DNA of 64,000 bases from an uncultured delta proteobacterium (GCA_963760795.1 CAVXEP010000013.1:1-64000); one strand, 5' to 3'. Shown: positions 29,563 through 40,672, numbered from the stretch's first letter. Made by a program: numbers and translations. The notes: generated by a model not told the origin, from the sequence alone.

Positions 29563-29846
29563 TTTTCCCACTCCAAGCAGCCGAGCCACAATCGAACTGA
29601 ACCATTACCGAATTTAACCACGATATAGATGATCAACAGCGCGCCTATGGCTAACGCCGACCGAAGAAGTTTCCCCTTCGAGCCGTCGGTGGAATTCCTC
29701 AACCGCTCCAACTCGTCCTCGGTAGAGCCGTCGACCTGAATTGGAGTTGCCTCATGAAATACCCGCCAGTGAGACCCGACATCAGCTCGGGCGGAAGCTC
29801 GATTCAAGCTCAAACTTTCGCGCAACGGGTTTCTATGGCGTCCCGA

Positions 29847-30932
29847 CTAGCCCAACGGCTTCAAGCCGTAAAACCTCTCGGCATTGCGGTGCAGCACCGC
29901 ATGCTTGTCATCGTCGGTGAGATGCTCATTCTCGATGATCTCTTCGATTTCATGCTTGCAATATTCGTTATTGACCTCATGGGGAAAGTCGCTGGAGAAC
30001 ATGAAGGGCTTGTTGCCCACCGCTTCGACCAACTGATGCAGCCCTTTTTCAGTGCCCTCGCAGCCGACGAAGATGCGTCCCGCCTCGACATGGCGGCGAA
30101 TATAGTCGCTGACCTTTTCGCCGGGCTTGAGCTGGAGGTACTCGCTGCGCGGATCGTATTGGATATGGGTCTCCCAGCCGCGGTCAAATCTTTCTAAACA
30201 GGTTTGCAGCCACGCCACCCCGGCCTCCATGAAGCCGATGCGCAGATTGGGATACTTGTCGAAGATGCCGTTGAAGATGATGCCGGCGAAGGCCACCATT
30301 TGGCCCACCGCATGGCCCAAGCCGTTGATCGGCGCGTAGGGCGTCAGCCAATCCATGCCGAGTCCCTCATGGGCGCCGCCATGAACGCCGATGCAGCAGC
30401 CAAGTTCGTTGGCAGCGGCGTAGAACGGCCAATATTCTTTGTCGCCAAGGTGCCCTTTGAAGCCGGTGGACGGCAGCATGACGCCACAGAATTTGAGCTC
30501 GGTCACGGCGCGGCGCATTTCTTTGATCGCTTCCTCCGGCTCCTGCAGCGGCACCAGGGCCAAGCCTTGAAAGCGCGGGCTCTTTTTCAAATAGGTATCG
30601 GCGAACCAGTTGTTCCACGCCCGCGCGACATCGACGGCAAATTCGCGGGTGATCACTTTGCCGAAGGCCAAGCCGCCGGTGCTGTAAAGCACGGCGCGCT
30701 CGATGCCGACATCTTCCATGAACTCCAGCCAGCCGTCTTCGCGCACCGGCTTGAACGCGCCGGGGACCAATTGATAGAGCGTCGCCGAATGCAGATGATC
30801 CAGCGGCGGAAAAATCCGCCCCTTGAAGCGGCCACTCTTGATGTACGGCTCCGGCATATACTGCAAGAGCGCGTCCCAGTCTTCCATCACATGACCGTCG
30901 CCATCGACCACGGGGATTCCATTGCGTGCCAT
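29847..30932 (-). CDS. Amidohydrolase_2 family protein
   Basis: VDGDGHVME, RAWNNW, GVHGG, FSSDFPHE, NAERFY. Confidence 0.9.
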   Translation of the reverse strand: MARNGIPVVDGDGHVMEDWDALLQYMPEPYIKSGRFKGRIFPPLDHLHSATLYQLVPGAFKPVREDGWLEFMEDVGIERAVLYSTGGLAFGKVITREFAVDVARAWNNWFADTYLKKSPRFQGLALVPLQEPEEAIKEMRRAVTELKFCGVMLPSTGFKGHLGDKEYWPFYAAANELGCCIGVHGGAHEGLGMDWLTPYAPINGLGHAVGQMVAFAGIIFNGIFDKYPNLRIGFMEAGVAWLQTCLERFDRGWETHIQYDPRSEYLQLKPGEKVSDYIRRHVEAGRIFVGCEGTEKGLHQLVEAVGNKPFMFSSDFPHEVNNEYCKHEIEEIIENEHLTDDDKHAVLHRNAERFYGLKPLG

Positions 30933-31080
30933 AACTATTCCTCCAATGAAAAGTTAATTTCCTCCTGTCTAACCCAAAACCGCTGCCGCAAGCAACGTCT
31001 ATCGCGGCAGCTCAAATCGTCGCTTGACAGAAAAAAGTTCACGGACTACCGTCCGCCAAAAGAACCAGCTATTCCAATAA

Positions 31081-32103
31081 ATGTTTTTCCGACCCAACAC
31101 TTCCACGCTCCCTTACGCCGATTTCGTGCTCGTGCTCGTGACTTGCTTGCTCAGCGCGGCAACTTCATCGGCCCAACCGCTCCTTAAAGTCCCTTTTCCC
31201 TATTCGCCGATAAATACCAGCGCGCTGCCGTTCATGATCGCCAAGGATGCCAAGATTTTTGAAAAGCACGGCGTCGACGTCGATTTGATTTTCATGGGCG
31301 CCTCGGCGCTGATCATTCAGTCGATGCTTTCCGGCGCAGCGAATATCGCCGGCTTCGGCGGCCCGGCAATTGTTACCAACGTATTGCGCGGTGGCGACGT
31401 GATTTCGGTCGCTGCCACCGTGCCGCTGGCGCAACCAATGATCACCCGCGCCAGCATCGAGAAGCCGGAAGATCTCAAGGGCAAAAAGATCGGCATCAGC
31501 CGGCTGGGCGGGATTCCGCACTTTTCCCTGCAAATGATTCTCGACCGCTACGCCATCAAAGATGTCACCATGCTCCAGTTGGGCACTCAGTCAGAAGCCG
31601 AGATCGGCCTGCGCCGCGGCATTGTCGATGGCGCCATGGTGTCGCCGCCGCAGTCCTTTTTGCTCATCCGCGACGGCTTTCGCGAATTGGTCAGCGCCCA
31701 GGACTACAGCAAATTCACCAGCCGGCTGATTTCCGGCGGCATCGCCGCGCGCCGTTCCTGGGCCGTGAAGAATCGCGACACCGTGACGCGCATGATCAAG
31801 GCGGTGCTCGAAGGCATCAAAGTAATGACCGTACAAGAAAGCCTCGCCAAGAAAACCCTCGCCAAATACACCCGGCAAAGCCAGCCGGAAATCCTCGACC
31901 GGCTTTACAAATTCGCTCAGGACACCTTCGGCCGCGATCCGGCCATGCCGCGCGACGCCATGGTCAATATGGCGAGACTCATGGGTGAATTCGGCCTGGT
32001 CGACCGCACATTAGCCGCCAATACGCCACCGGAAGCCTATTACGACAATACCTACGTCGACGAACTGAAGCAGTCCGGGTTTATCAAAGAGCTGTGGAAA
32101 TAG
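31081..32103 (+). CDS. NitT/TauT family ABC substrate-binding protein (close paralog of 43877..44911)
   Basis: KVPFPYSPIN, DLKGKKIGISRLG, YYDNTYVDELKQSGFIKELWK. Confidence 0.9.
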   Translation: MFFRPNTSTLPYADFVLVLVTCLLSAATSSAQPLLKVPFPYSPINTSALPFMIAKDAKIFEKHGVDVDLIFMGASALIIQSMLSGAANIAGFGGPAIVTNVLRGGDVISVAATVPLAQPMITRASIEKPEDLKGKKIGISRLGGIPHFSLQMILDRYAIKDVTMLQLGTQSEAEIGLRRGIVDGAMVSPPQSFLLIRDGFRELVSAQDYSKFTSRLISGGIAARRSWAVKNRDTVTRMIKAVLEGIKVMTVQESLAKKTLAKYTRQSQPEILDRLYKFAQDTFGRDPAMPRDAMVNMARLMGEFGLVDRTLAANTPPEAYYDNTYVDELKQSGFIKELWK

Positions 32104-32159
32104 ACCAACGGCTCGCTTCGATCCAATTGTCGTTAAGAAAAACAGTCAACAGTCCCGTT

Positions 32160-32575
32160 ATGATGTACTGGCTGCTTATTTTCCTGATCGCCCCCCCTGG
32201 TTGATTGCCACACTGCCGCGAGCGAATCCGTCGCCTTGTACTCGGCCAGTTTCGATCCGTCGACCCGCTCGCAACTGCGCATGCTCCGTTGTGCTCTTGG
32301 CGCCGCCGATTTGCCGCAGGAGTGTCGAGAACTCGGCAGCTAAATCTCCCGCCTGGTCATTTTGGTCAATGCCGCGCCGAAAATCGAAGCGCGCGCTTCG
32401 GCCAAGGAGCGGGTCCTTATGCTCACCCGAGCCTTGCAGGCAAACCGCCCTCGCGTGGAGATTTCCGCCCAATCACCGACAGCGATCGAACAGCAACGCC
32501 ATGCGCGGCCCCATCGATGCCACGGTGGCGAAACTGGTGGCGTTTCTCTATCCGAAGCTGGTGAATCCAAGCTGA
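32160..32575 (+). pseudogene. Degenerate exported protein with a nucleotidyltransferase-like N-terminal motif
   Basis: MMYWLLIFLIAP; after a shift in the C7 run, VALYSASFDPST (cf. ALYGGSFDP); in-frame TAA at 32341. Confidence 0.3.
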
Positions 32576-32675
32576 TCGGCGGCGCAGAACCAACCGCGGT
32601 CTATAACTTTTCTTGACAGACGCGCCGCCGCGGCTTAGGTTTCGCCGTGACAGTTACGTCACCCCGGGAGGAACC

Positions 32676-33717
32676 ATGACCAAGTCCAAAGTTATCGACG
32701 CCGACGGCCATATCTACGAGAATCACGAGGAGATCGAAGAGTATTTCGAGGGCAAATACCGCGGCATGCGCCGGGCGCGCGCGTATCCGCTGTTCCCGTC
32801 CCTCGACGGCTGGCCGCGCGGTCTCGGCGCCGGGCGCCCGGATAAAGTAACCGAGACCAAACCGGAAGACGTTATCAAGTTCGTCGACAACATGGGGCTG
32901 GAAAGCACCGTGCTCTATCCCACCGCGGCGCTGGCCATCGGCTTAGTCCAAGAGCCGGCCTGGGCCTGCGCGGTTTCACGGGCCTATAACAATTGGTTCC
33001 ACGACCGCTACATCAAAAAAGACTCGCGCTTGAAAGGCGTCGCCGTGCTGCCGATCCAAGATCCCGCGAAAGCGGCCGAAGAGCTGCGCTACGCCGTGGA
33101 GAAGCTCGACATGGTCGGCGCCTTTCTACCGTCGGCCATGGTGATGAGCAAAGCCTTCGGCCATGCCGACTTTGCGCCGATCTTTCGCGAAGCCGAGCAG
33201 TTCGGCGTGCCCTTGGGCGTCCATGGCGCGCCGAGCCGCGGCTTCGGTTTCGACTTTTTCGAAGACCAGGGCCAAGTCCACGCCCTCGAACATCCGTTCC
33301 CGCTGATGATTCAGTTCACCAGCATCATTTGCGACGGCGTGTTGGAAAGATTTCCCAAGCTTAAAATCGCCTTCCTCGAAGCCGGCTGCGGCTGGCTGCC
33401 CTACATGATGGATCGTTTGGATTACGAATACGAAACCCGCGGCGCCCGCTCGTTTCCCAACATGAAAAAGAAACCCAGCGACTACGTCAAAGACTGTCCG
33501 GTGTACGTCAGCTGCGAACCGGAAGAACATTCCCTCGCCTATGTGTCGCCAAGTCATCGGCGCCGACCGCATCATGTTTCCCTCCGACTATCCGCACGAA
33601 CGAGTCTACGGCGAGTTCTTGAAGGACATCCCAGAATTGCTCAAGCGCCCGGAGTTATCCGATGACGCCAAGCAAAAAATCCTCTACGACAACGCCAAGG
33701 AGTTTTACCGGATCTGA
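32676..33717 (+). CDS. Amidohydrolase_2 family protein (frameshift ~33548)
   Basis: IDADGHIYE, RAYNNW, GVHG; the alternative frame gives IGADRIMFPSDYPHE...KILYDNAKEFYRI*. Confidence 0.88.
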
Positions 33718-33800
33718 TCCCTGACCTAGTAGGGGCCTTCCCTCTCCCACGAATGGGAACAGGTTGCCCATACGAGGACGAGGGTGAGGCAAAAACTCCC

Positions 33801-34798
33801 ATGCACAAAAAATTCACTAGACTAGCTCTATGCTCTCTGCTCCTCGCTCAGAGCGTTTCCAGCTCAGGCCCAGCAGCCGAAGAAAGTCCTGCGGATAGGG
33901 TATCTAGCGCCGTTCGATCCAGCTCGTGAGTCCGCCCGTGCCGAGGGAATTCGTCTGGCTCTGCGCGAGCGTGGCTACATAGATGGACAGAACATCGCCA
34001 TCGAGTACCGATATGCGGAGGGGAAGATCGATCGGGCCCCTGAGCTTGCGAACGAGCTTGTACGTCTCAAGGTTGATCTCATCGTGGTACCAGGAGGAGA
34101 CCCATGGATTCGTGCGGCCAAGAATGCGACCAAGACGATTCCCATCGTTATAGCGGGCGGCGGGTCCGACCCTGTCGAGGCAGGCCTTGTTGAAAGCCTT
34201 GCCCGTCCCGGCGGCAACGTTACCGGCATTACAAACCTTTCCCGAGTACTAGGCGGGAAGCGGCTGGAGTTGCTCAAAGAGGCGGTTCCAAAAGTTGTCC
34301 GTGTCGCGGTACTCTACGATCCAGCCTTACCCGGCTCTGAACTCGATGTGAAAGAGGTTCTCCCAGTCGCGGCGCACGCGCTGAGGTTGACTCTTCAGCC
34401 ATGGGAGGTCCGAGGTGCGGACGGTCTCGAGAAGGTATTCGCCGCACTGAACAAGCAGCGCCCGGATGGACTCTACGTGCCCCCGTCGGGCCCGCTAATG
34501 TTTGCTAACCCAAATCGGATCGCGGACTTTGCGTTAAAAAGGCGCTTACCGTCGATGTACATCACCAGAAGCTTTGTAGATGCCGGCGGGCTCATGTCCT
34601 ACGCGGCGGACCAACGCGGAGAGCTACCGGCGCGTCGCATACTACGTGGACAGAATCCTGAAGGGAACCAAGCCCGCCGATCTGCCGGTGGAGCAGCCGA
34701 CGAAGTTCGAGTTCGTGATCAACCTTCAGACCGGCAAGCAGATCGGCGTGGCGATTGCGCCGGAGGTGTTGGCGCGGGCGAGTAGGATAATCAAATGA
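33801..34798 (+). CDS. ABC_sub_bind (PF04392-type) substrate-binding protein, frameshifted (~33850, ~34615)
   Basis: [57 protein letters not shown]. Confidence 0.85.
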
Positions 34799-35199
34799 CA
34801 GCGGCCACCAACGCGAGAGGGCATGCCGAGTGCGGACGGTAGGTCGAGCATAAAAAAGGCGCCCCGATTGAGGCGCCTGAGTTGGCGGTACGTTGCGGTA
34901 TCACCCCTAGCTGTAATCCACCCCTGCTGTGCTATGGGGAGGCAAAGCCAAATAGCAGAGCTAACTCTTACACGAGTCGCCAACTACTGACTTAAGCATA
35001 GCGCTGGAAAAGTGGAAGTGAAGACCTTTCAAAAAAAATAATCAAATTTCCTAACCCGTCAAAATGCCCGGGTATCCGACTAGAGGTTTCAACCTATGGG
35101 ATGTTGCGGCAATCGTCCCTAAGCCGGCTTCGGGACTCCCTGCGCCGTGGGTCCTTGGTGGCGTGCTTCCTTCCTATGTGAGCGCCGGTGGGATTCTTA

Positions 35200-35499
35200 T
35201 TACCGTCGGTAAGGCGATCTCGGGTTTTGCCGTCGTTCTCGTTGCTCAATTTCCTCCCGCTCGCGCATAAGTTCAGGATAGCAAGCGTCAACGATCAGCC
35301 TAGCGAGTTCCAGACCGACCAACTCGGCTACCTCACGGTTCTCCAACTCGAAGTTGTGTACATTCAGTGTCGTTAGCTCTAACACTGAATTGTCGCGGCG
35401 CTGGTATAGGACGCAAGCGCCAGGCGTCGAGTTATTGCCGCCGGGATAGCCGGGAGTGGCATGCCCGGAAATCCAAAGGTCTTTGTATTGTTCCATCAT
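35200..35499 (-). CDS. Small hypothetical protein (YK...AE..GL..AR..VD type)
   Basis: Coherent ORF with a pattern shared with 36916 and 38066. Confidence 0.6.
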   Translation of the reverse strand: MMEQYKDLWISGHATPGYPGGNNSTPGACVLYQRRDNSVLELTTLNVHNFELENREVAELVGLELARLIVDACYPELMREREEIEQRERRQNPRSPYRR

Positions 35500-35514
35500 G
35501 GTGATGAGTGCGGC

Positions 35515-35763
35515 TTATTTGATCGGTTTTACATAGGCCAACACAATGGCTTTCGCGATGGCGGTTCGGATTCGCTCTGTCTTTATCTCATCGTCTGGAT
35601 TATCACCTAGGTCTGGCAACGAGACCGGAATTGAAACTCTACGCCCTCGAAGGATTACCATGTCCGGAAGACCGTTAGGATCAGGTTCTACATGCCAATC
35701 CTCGGCGAGGCCCATTAGTGCCAAAACACGGGTTATCTCTGCGCCTTGGTCAACGCTCATCAC
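35515..35763 (-). CDS. Small hypothetical protein (82 aa)
   Basis: Co-oriented with neighbours, protein-like composition. Confidence 0.5.
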   Translation of the reverse strand: MMSVDQGAEITRVLALMGLAEDWHVEPDPNGLPDMVILRGRRVSIPVSLPDLGDNPDDEIKTERIRTAIAKAIVLAYVKPIK

Positions 35764-35843
35764 ATTGTCCGCTAGAAATCGATTTAAATCATTCTGAGGG
35801 ACTGAAGGTCAACTATGATTTTTACGAGAGTACGGATGGGCGC

Positions 35844-36104
35844 TTAAGTGGTTAGAACTCCGGCCTCTCTAAGCCCTTGGCGTATTCTTTTTATCGAGGT
35901 TGGACACTGTGCTGTGGCAATTTCCAGTAACCGTAAGGCGTCATTTTCACTACATCGAATTGCACTCATCGGCCAGGGGATAGAGAGACGTGCAGCTTCT
36001 GATTGAAGTAGTAATCGCCCAAGTCGAGAGTCGTGGTCAACGTGATTAAGAAAGAGCTTGACCTCGGTTGGGAACAGCTCAATGAAAATTTCCATCATTT
36101 GCAC
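35844..36104 (-). CDS. Small hypothetical protein (86 aa)
   Basis: Co-oriented, protein-like composition. Confidence 0.55.
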   Translation of the reverse strand: MQMMEIFIELFPTEVKLFLNHVDHDSRLGRLLLQSEAARLSIPWPMSAIRCSENDALRLLEIATAQCPTSIKRIRQGLREAGVLTT

Positions 36105-36532
36105 TCAATTGCGACGTTTCTTGACGAGTTTCTTCTTTCCACGGCGCTTATAAACTTCGAGTTGTTTAGCCCCCATTTTTGCTAAGACAGAAGTAAAAGC
36201 CTTCGTGATCGGCGCCAGTTGAACTGCGTAGTCTGGTTTGTTGTTCGCCGAGATTCACTACGTCGCGCATAGAATGGTGTTCCTTCCGCGCCGTTTTCGG
36301 CGAAAACAAACAGGGTACCAATGATCGCTAAGACAGAGAAGAAACGCTGCATCGTAGCCACGTTTCACGGAGCGTTCTTCTACCGCACGTCCCAGAGATA
36401 AAGCAAGGCGCCGATCGCCATTGCAATTCTCAAATGCGTTAGCCTATAAATTAGCTCCATGCCCTATTGATTCTATCAAGCCCGCGTGTGCCTATTCGCA
36501 TGCAAATTCACGAACAAGAAAGGTGTGACGAT

Positions 36533-36688
36533 ATGGTCAAACCAAATAGTACGTGTCCGAAGTGCGGCAAAGGTGTGATGAAGTTGATACCCAACACTAC
36601 ACCGCTTGATCCTTCGGTCTGGAAGGACTGTCTTCGAGCGCGATGCACTGAGTGCGGACATGTGGACGACATTGCGCTCAATCCGTAA
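36533..36688 (+). CDS. Small zinc-ribbon protein (51 aa)
   Basis: CPKCG...CTECGH; AAAGGT RBS-like sequence. Confidence 0.6.
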   Translation: MVKPNSTCPKCGKGVMKLIPNTTPLDPSVWKDCLRARCTECGHVDDIALNP

Positions 36689-36704
36689 GTGCTAGTGTCT
36701 CCCG

Positions 36705-36788
36705 ATGGATTCCTGGACAATCGTTGCGCTTAGTCTTGGCGTGATCCTGCCACTCTTTATCGTCGTCTGTATAATGTTCTTCCTGTAG
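36705..36788 (+). CDS. Putative 27-aa single-TM micropeptide MDSWTIVALSLGVILPLFIVVCIMFFL
   Basis: Hand-translated hydrophobic ORF directly after the zinc-ribbon gene. Confidence 0.35.
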   Translation: MDSWTIVALSLGVILPLFIVVCIMFFL

Positions 36789-36915
36789 AGCGGCACCTAG
36801 TCCTACGCCCTTTGGCCGATAGTACAGCGGCGCCCGTGAGTGCTATTGCTTAGCCGTGGAATTCCGGAAAATCCTCGTCCTTATCTTCGGCGTGATCGGA
36901 TAATTTAGCAGGCCC

Positions 36916-37140
36916 ATGACAACGGCATACAGGGGTTATACAATCAACGTCACGGCGACGAGGCAGGTGGATGGGCTCTGGAGTGCGAAGATTTTGATTT
37001 GGCCGATAACTGAAACCACTAAAGGCTTGCGCCAACATAGCGAAATAAAAGGCTACTCTAGTCAGGTAAAAGCGGAGCATGCAGGTCTGCAATTGGGTCG
37101 TAAGCGACTCAATCTATACGCCCAAAATAAACTTCGTTAG
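36916..37140 (+). CDS. Small hypothetical protein (74 aa), paralog of 38066..38281
   Basis: YRGYTINV...GLWSA...GYSS..KAEHAGL. Confidence 0.65.
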   Translation: MTTAYRGYTINVTATRQVDGLWSAKILIWPITETTKGLRQHSEIKGYSSQVKAEHAGLQLGRKRLNLYAQNKLR

Positions 37141-37261
37141 TTTCAACCTCACCCGAGCCCAACGACCCGGCGCCAGAGAAAGCACCAGAGGCGTCCAATA
37201 CTGAACAGTAATCTATACCCGGCATGATGGATTGTCTCTAGGACCACCGAGGGAGGTCCTG

Positions 37262-37390
37262 ATGACTATCGCACAAATCGAACTGATCACCGTGAAAACC
37301 CGCGAGGTAATTGATGCTGCCAACCATACGATGGAGTATACAGCAACGATAATCGAGCAATCGAAAAGATTGATGCGCAGCATGAAATGA
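37262..37390 (+). CDS. Putative 42-aa helical micro-protein
   Basis: GGGAGGT RBS; MTIAQIELITVKTREVIDAANHTMEYTATIIEQSKRLMRSMK. Confidence 0.5.
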   Translation: MTIAQIELITVKTREVIDAANHTMEYTATIIEQSKRLMRSMK

Positions 37391-37615
37391 AAAAACACCC
37401 TCCTACGCCCGCGGGTGAAACGCCGGGGTCAGTTGATTCGAACAGATAGGTTCTACGTGGCCAGCGCATTTTCTCTAATCGTGGCGCGCGCCCGCGTCGA
37501 CTGGAAAGCGGAATGAAGCAAAGCGGCCGACAGTGAAAAGCGACTATGACATTTATTGCACCGGGTCAAATCGTAACAGCCAAAAGCCGAAGGGGATTTA
37601 AGGCGAGTAAGGGCC

Positions 37616-37909
37616 TCAGTTGCCGTGCAGCATTTCAAACTCGGTGAAATCTTCCTGGCCAATATAGCGGATTACCGTCAACTGGATCTTCCTTTCTTTT
37701 GCGAAGTCTACAGCTTCTCCGCGAGTAAAGAATCTGGCAATGTCTGATCTTAATTTAGTAACGCTTCCCTTCTTGTCGATATAGCGCTTTTCTAGGCTTT
37801 TAAACTGTTGCGGACTCGCAAAGATCACCCACATGGTCGTGCGCTTCGGCTTCCGCTTCATAAGAAACGCCTCCGCTGAAGCCCATTCTATTAACACCTT
37901 GTCAGTCAT
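37616..37909 (-). CDS. Small hypothetical protein (97 aa)
   Basis: Protein-like ORF (WVIF...YID..G...ARFF...AVDFA). Confidence 0.55.
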   Translation of the reverse strand: MTDKVLIEWASAEAFLMKRKPKRTTMWVIFASPQQFKSLEKRYIDKKGSVTKLRSDIARFFTRGEAVDFAKERKIQLTVIRYIGQEDFTEFEMLHGN

Positions 37910-38065
37910 TTACTTGGTTTCTACCCCCGGGGCGATGGTGCCATAGGAAAGAAATCCCGCACCCGGCCGTGGATTTCTGTTCAATATTAGACAATTTCGC
38001 GATCACCACTTCCGCGCCGTCCAAGGGTTTGACTATCTGTGAGCCGGTGATAAGTAGCGGGTCCG

Positions 38066-38281
38066 ATGAAGACGGTATACAAGGGCCATACGATCGAAGT
38101 GACGATGAAGCAGAAAAATGGGCTCTGGGCGGCAGACGTTTGGACCTGGACGCCAGATCAATTTGGGAGCCACTTAAACAACTGGTGGGGAGCAGAAGGC
38201 CATAGTAGCGCGCATGACGCGGAGGTTGCGGGCCTGGTTTGGGCTAAGGCGCACATCGATATACTCTCTCAAATACGATAG
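38066..38281 (+). CDS. Small hypothetical protein (71 aa), paralog of 36916..37140
   Basis: YKGHTIEV...GLWAA...GHSS..DAEVAGLVWAKAHID. Confidence 0.65.
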   Translation: MKTVYKGHTIEVTMKQKNGLWAADVWTWTPDQFGSHLNNWWGAEGHSSAHDAEVAGLVWAKAHIDILSQIR

Positions 38282-39136
38282 TCGCAATTAATCGTGTTTC
38301 TGTTCGCAATTCGCAACAGCTCAACGGCGGGTAAGTGAAACGCAGCGATCAGTTGACGTTGAGCAGATAGTTCCTCGTTGCATGAAGCCAAGTATCTATC
38401 GCATTTAGGAGTGTCTGATTGTCGATCTGATTGTCGATCTCTTTGTCGAGCCCTTTCTCTTTCAACGAGACCCGGAGTTCAGTGAATGCTAATCAAGTTT
38501 TTCGCTCACAATGTTCTCGAACTCGTCTTCCTTATCGCGTATGGCTTCTGCCTCCGCCACCAGTTATCGATTTCTATCAAGCCGAACTGCACTACTTTGC
38601 TGACTCGAACAGCAAGCGCAGGGTGTGCCCCTGTGGTTGCAGCCGGTCTGTCTTTGACCGGAGGAAGTGGGCGATACCAGGAATGTCAAAAGAAAGCACG
38701 CGCGGCGAGTCACGGACCAGCGTTTTGCCTGCGTCCATGTAGTTGATTTTGTTAACGCTAAACCGGGACAAAAAAGAGGAATGGCTATATAGTCCCGTAT
38801 GCCGGGTTGATGCCCTGAAATCAGGGACATCATTTGAAGGAAGGAAACAGCAATGAGCCAGGGAAAGCGGCAAACACAAGCTTACGACGAGAGAAAAGAA
38901 CCACCCTCACCGAAGAGACCTCCAATAAAAGAGCCGACGAAACCCAAGAAGCCCATCGGCGATCCGACATCAAAGAAACCACCAAAGCGGGTTTCGTCTC
39001 CCATGGCGCGATAGTTTCATGTATTGAAACCGCCCCCGCGGAGGCGATGATAGTGAAAAACGGCTCGCTAGAATACCCTCAGGATCAACGCTACGACGAG
39101 CAAATTATCAATGACTACATTGGGGTATCGCATCAT

Positions 39137-39715
39137 ATGGCTCACTCTGAATCACTACGTGTCATAGGGCAGTTGCTCGAGGCTGCGAACATCCGTAACT
39201 TCGTGCTGGAAACGGACGGTCCGAATTATATCGTCACCTGTGATCCCCTGACTCAAAATGGTGAATGGGTTCCCCATGAATTCAGTCCTAGTGAGTTTAC
39301 CGCGCAGACCACTCACCGACCAGTAGTTACCGGTCCAGTACGGGTCAGGCTGCCGGATATTTTTCGGCTTGAGACGCAGGCGAAGCAGCGAAGACGACAA
39401 GATTCTTTTCAAAGTGAGGCATACTCTACTGTGTCTCAATTATTGCGTAGTCTTGGCGCTCTTCTTGAGCGAATGAACGTAAGGGTTTTTCAGATTCGCT
39501 GGGGGTCTAATTCGGTCGCGGTCGATTGTCGCCGTCTCGATGGCCGATATGATTCCGTAACGTATTCCCTTGAAAAACTACAGCGATTAAGCGCATCTTC
39601 ACTATCGCGACGCTCGAAGCGCAAGTTTCCCAACCACGCGCCGTCATCAGAAGCGCTAGGTGGCGTCAAGTTTTTAGGATGTTCTAGTGGCACCCTGCCT
39701 ATCCTGGCTCTCTAA
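39137..39715 (+). CDS. Hypothetical protein with an apparent internal duplication
   Basis: SESLRVIGQLLEAANIRNFVL vs SQLLRSLGALLERMNVRVFQI; start uncertain (ORF opens at 38834). Confidence 0.55.
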   Translation: MAHSESLRVIGQLLEAANIRNFVLETDGPNYIVTCDPLTQNGEWVPHEFSPSEFTAQTTHRPVVTGPVRVRLPDIFRLETQAKQRRRQDSFQSEAYSTVSQLLRSLGALLERMNVRVFQIRWGSNSVAVDCRRLDGRYDSVTYSLEKLQRLSASSLSRRSKRKFPNHAPSSEALGGVKFLGCSSGTLPILAL

Positions 39716-40672
39716 CCACGTCTCGCGCTTTCTTGTCCTTGCGAATCCCGACAAACGCGGCATGGCGCAAGTGATCGTCCGGTGTCCATTCGGTAAATTC
39801 GATTTGTACGACTAACTCAGGTTTGAGCCAGACGCAGTTTTTCATTTCTTCGGCAGTAAGCGCCCATTGGGTGCGTCTCTTTTTCTCCGGCAGATTCGCG
39901 AACGGGCAGACATCGGTTTCCAGCGGTTTCATGCGGGCCATGACTTCGCGCCGTACATGGGGCACAAAGCCGGCGCGAACTTTCCCGGCATAGAGCAGCT
40001 TGTCGCCCTCATAGTACCCTACGATTATGGCATCGAAGGGATTGCCGGGAGTGTAGCCGCCAACGACGAACTCCTGGCCTTTGTTAACCTTATATTTGAC
40101 CCAGGCTCCGCTGCGCTTTCCAGGCTCATAAAGCGAATCTTGCCGCTTGGCGATGATACCTTCAAGTCCAAGTTCCGTGATCGCCCGGATCATGTCATTG
40201 GCGGAAGCGGTCACGGTTTGCGACAGGTCAATCACTGATGGTTTCTTACGGACGGGTCGCAATAGGTCGGTGAGTGCGTCACGGCGTTTCAACAGCGGCT
40301 CATGGAGCATGCTTCGGCCACGAAGGATCAGAAGGTCAAAGACGTAGAAGCGGATCGCGGACGCTTCGGAGCGGTGACGCTGGAGCGTATTGAACGAGAC
40401 TTGTCCCTTGGAATCCATCGCGACGATCTCGCCGTCGACGAGTGTGCCGGTCGGCAGAAGTTCACATGCTTTGGCAATTGCGGGGAACTGAGAGTGAGAG
40501 CATTCGCTCTGCGCGACCATAGGCTCACGCCGCTGGCATCCTTCCCTGCCAAACATCGATAGCCGTCTAATTTGATTTCGTAGAGCCAGTCCGGCCCTTC
40601 GGGCAGGTTACGGACGCCGAGCGCATACATCGGTTCGATAAAGCTGATTTTGTCTGGCAGTGATTTCGCCAC
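39699..40672 (-). CDS. ATP-dependent DNA ligase (LigD ligase-domain/LigC-like), frameshift ~40500
   Basis: YEIKLDGYR (motif I), VDGEIV, YVFDLL, EGIIAKR, YEPGKRSGAWVKYK, LRHAAFVGIRKDK. Confidence 0.9.

Noticed and set aside
29409-29825. 138-aa minus-strand ORF
   Set aside because: Its 3' part translates REP-like repeats. A short TM protein may exist, but its boundaries cannot be supported.
32160-32564. Possible third selenoprotein: in-frame G-UGA-LPHCRE at 32202
   Set aside because: Spacing is UxxxC, there is no hairpin at +11, and the downstream frame is not protein-like. A frameshift in the C7 run explains it better.
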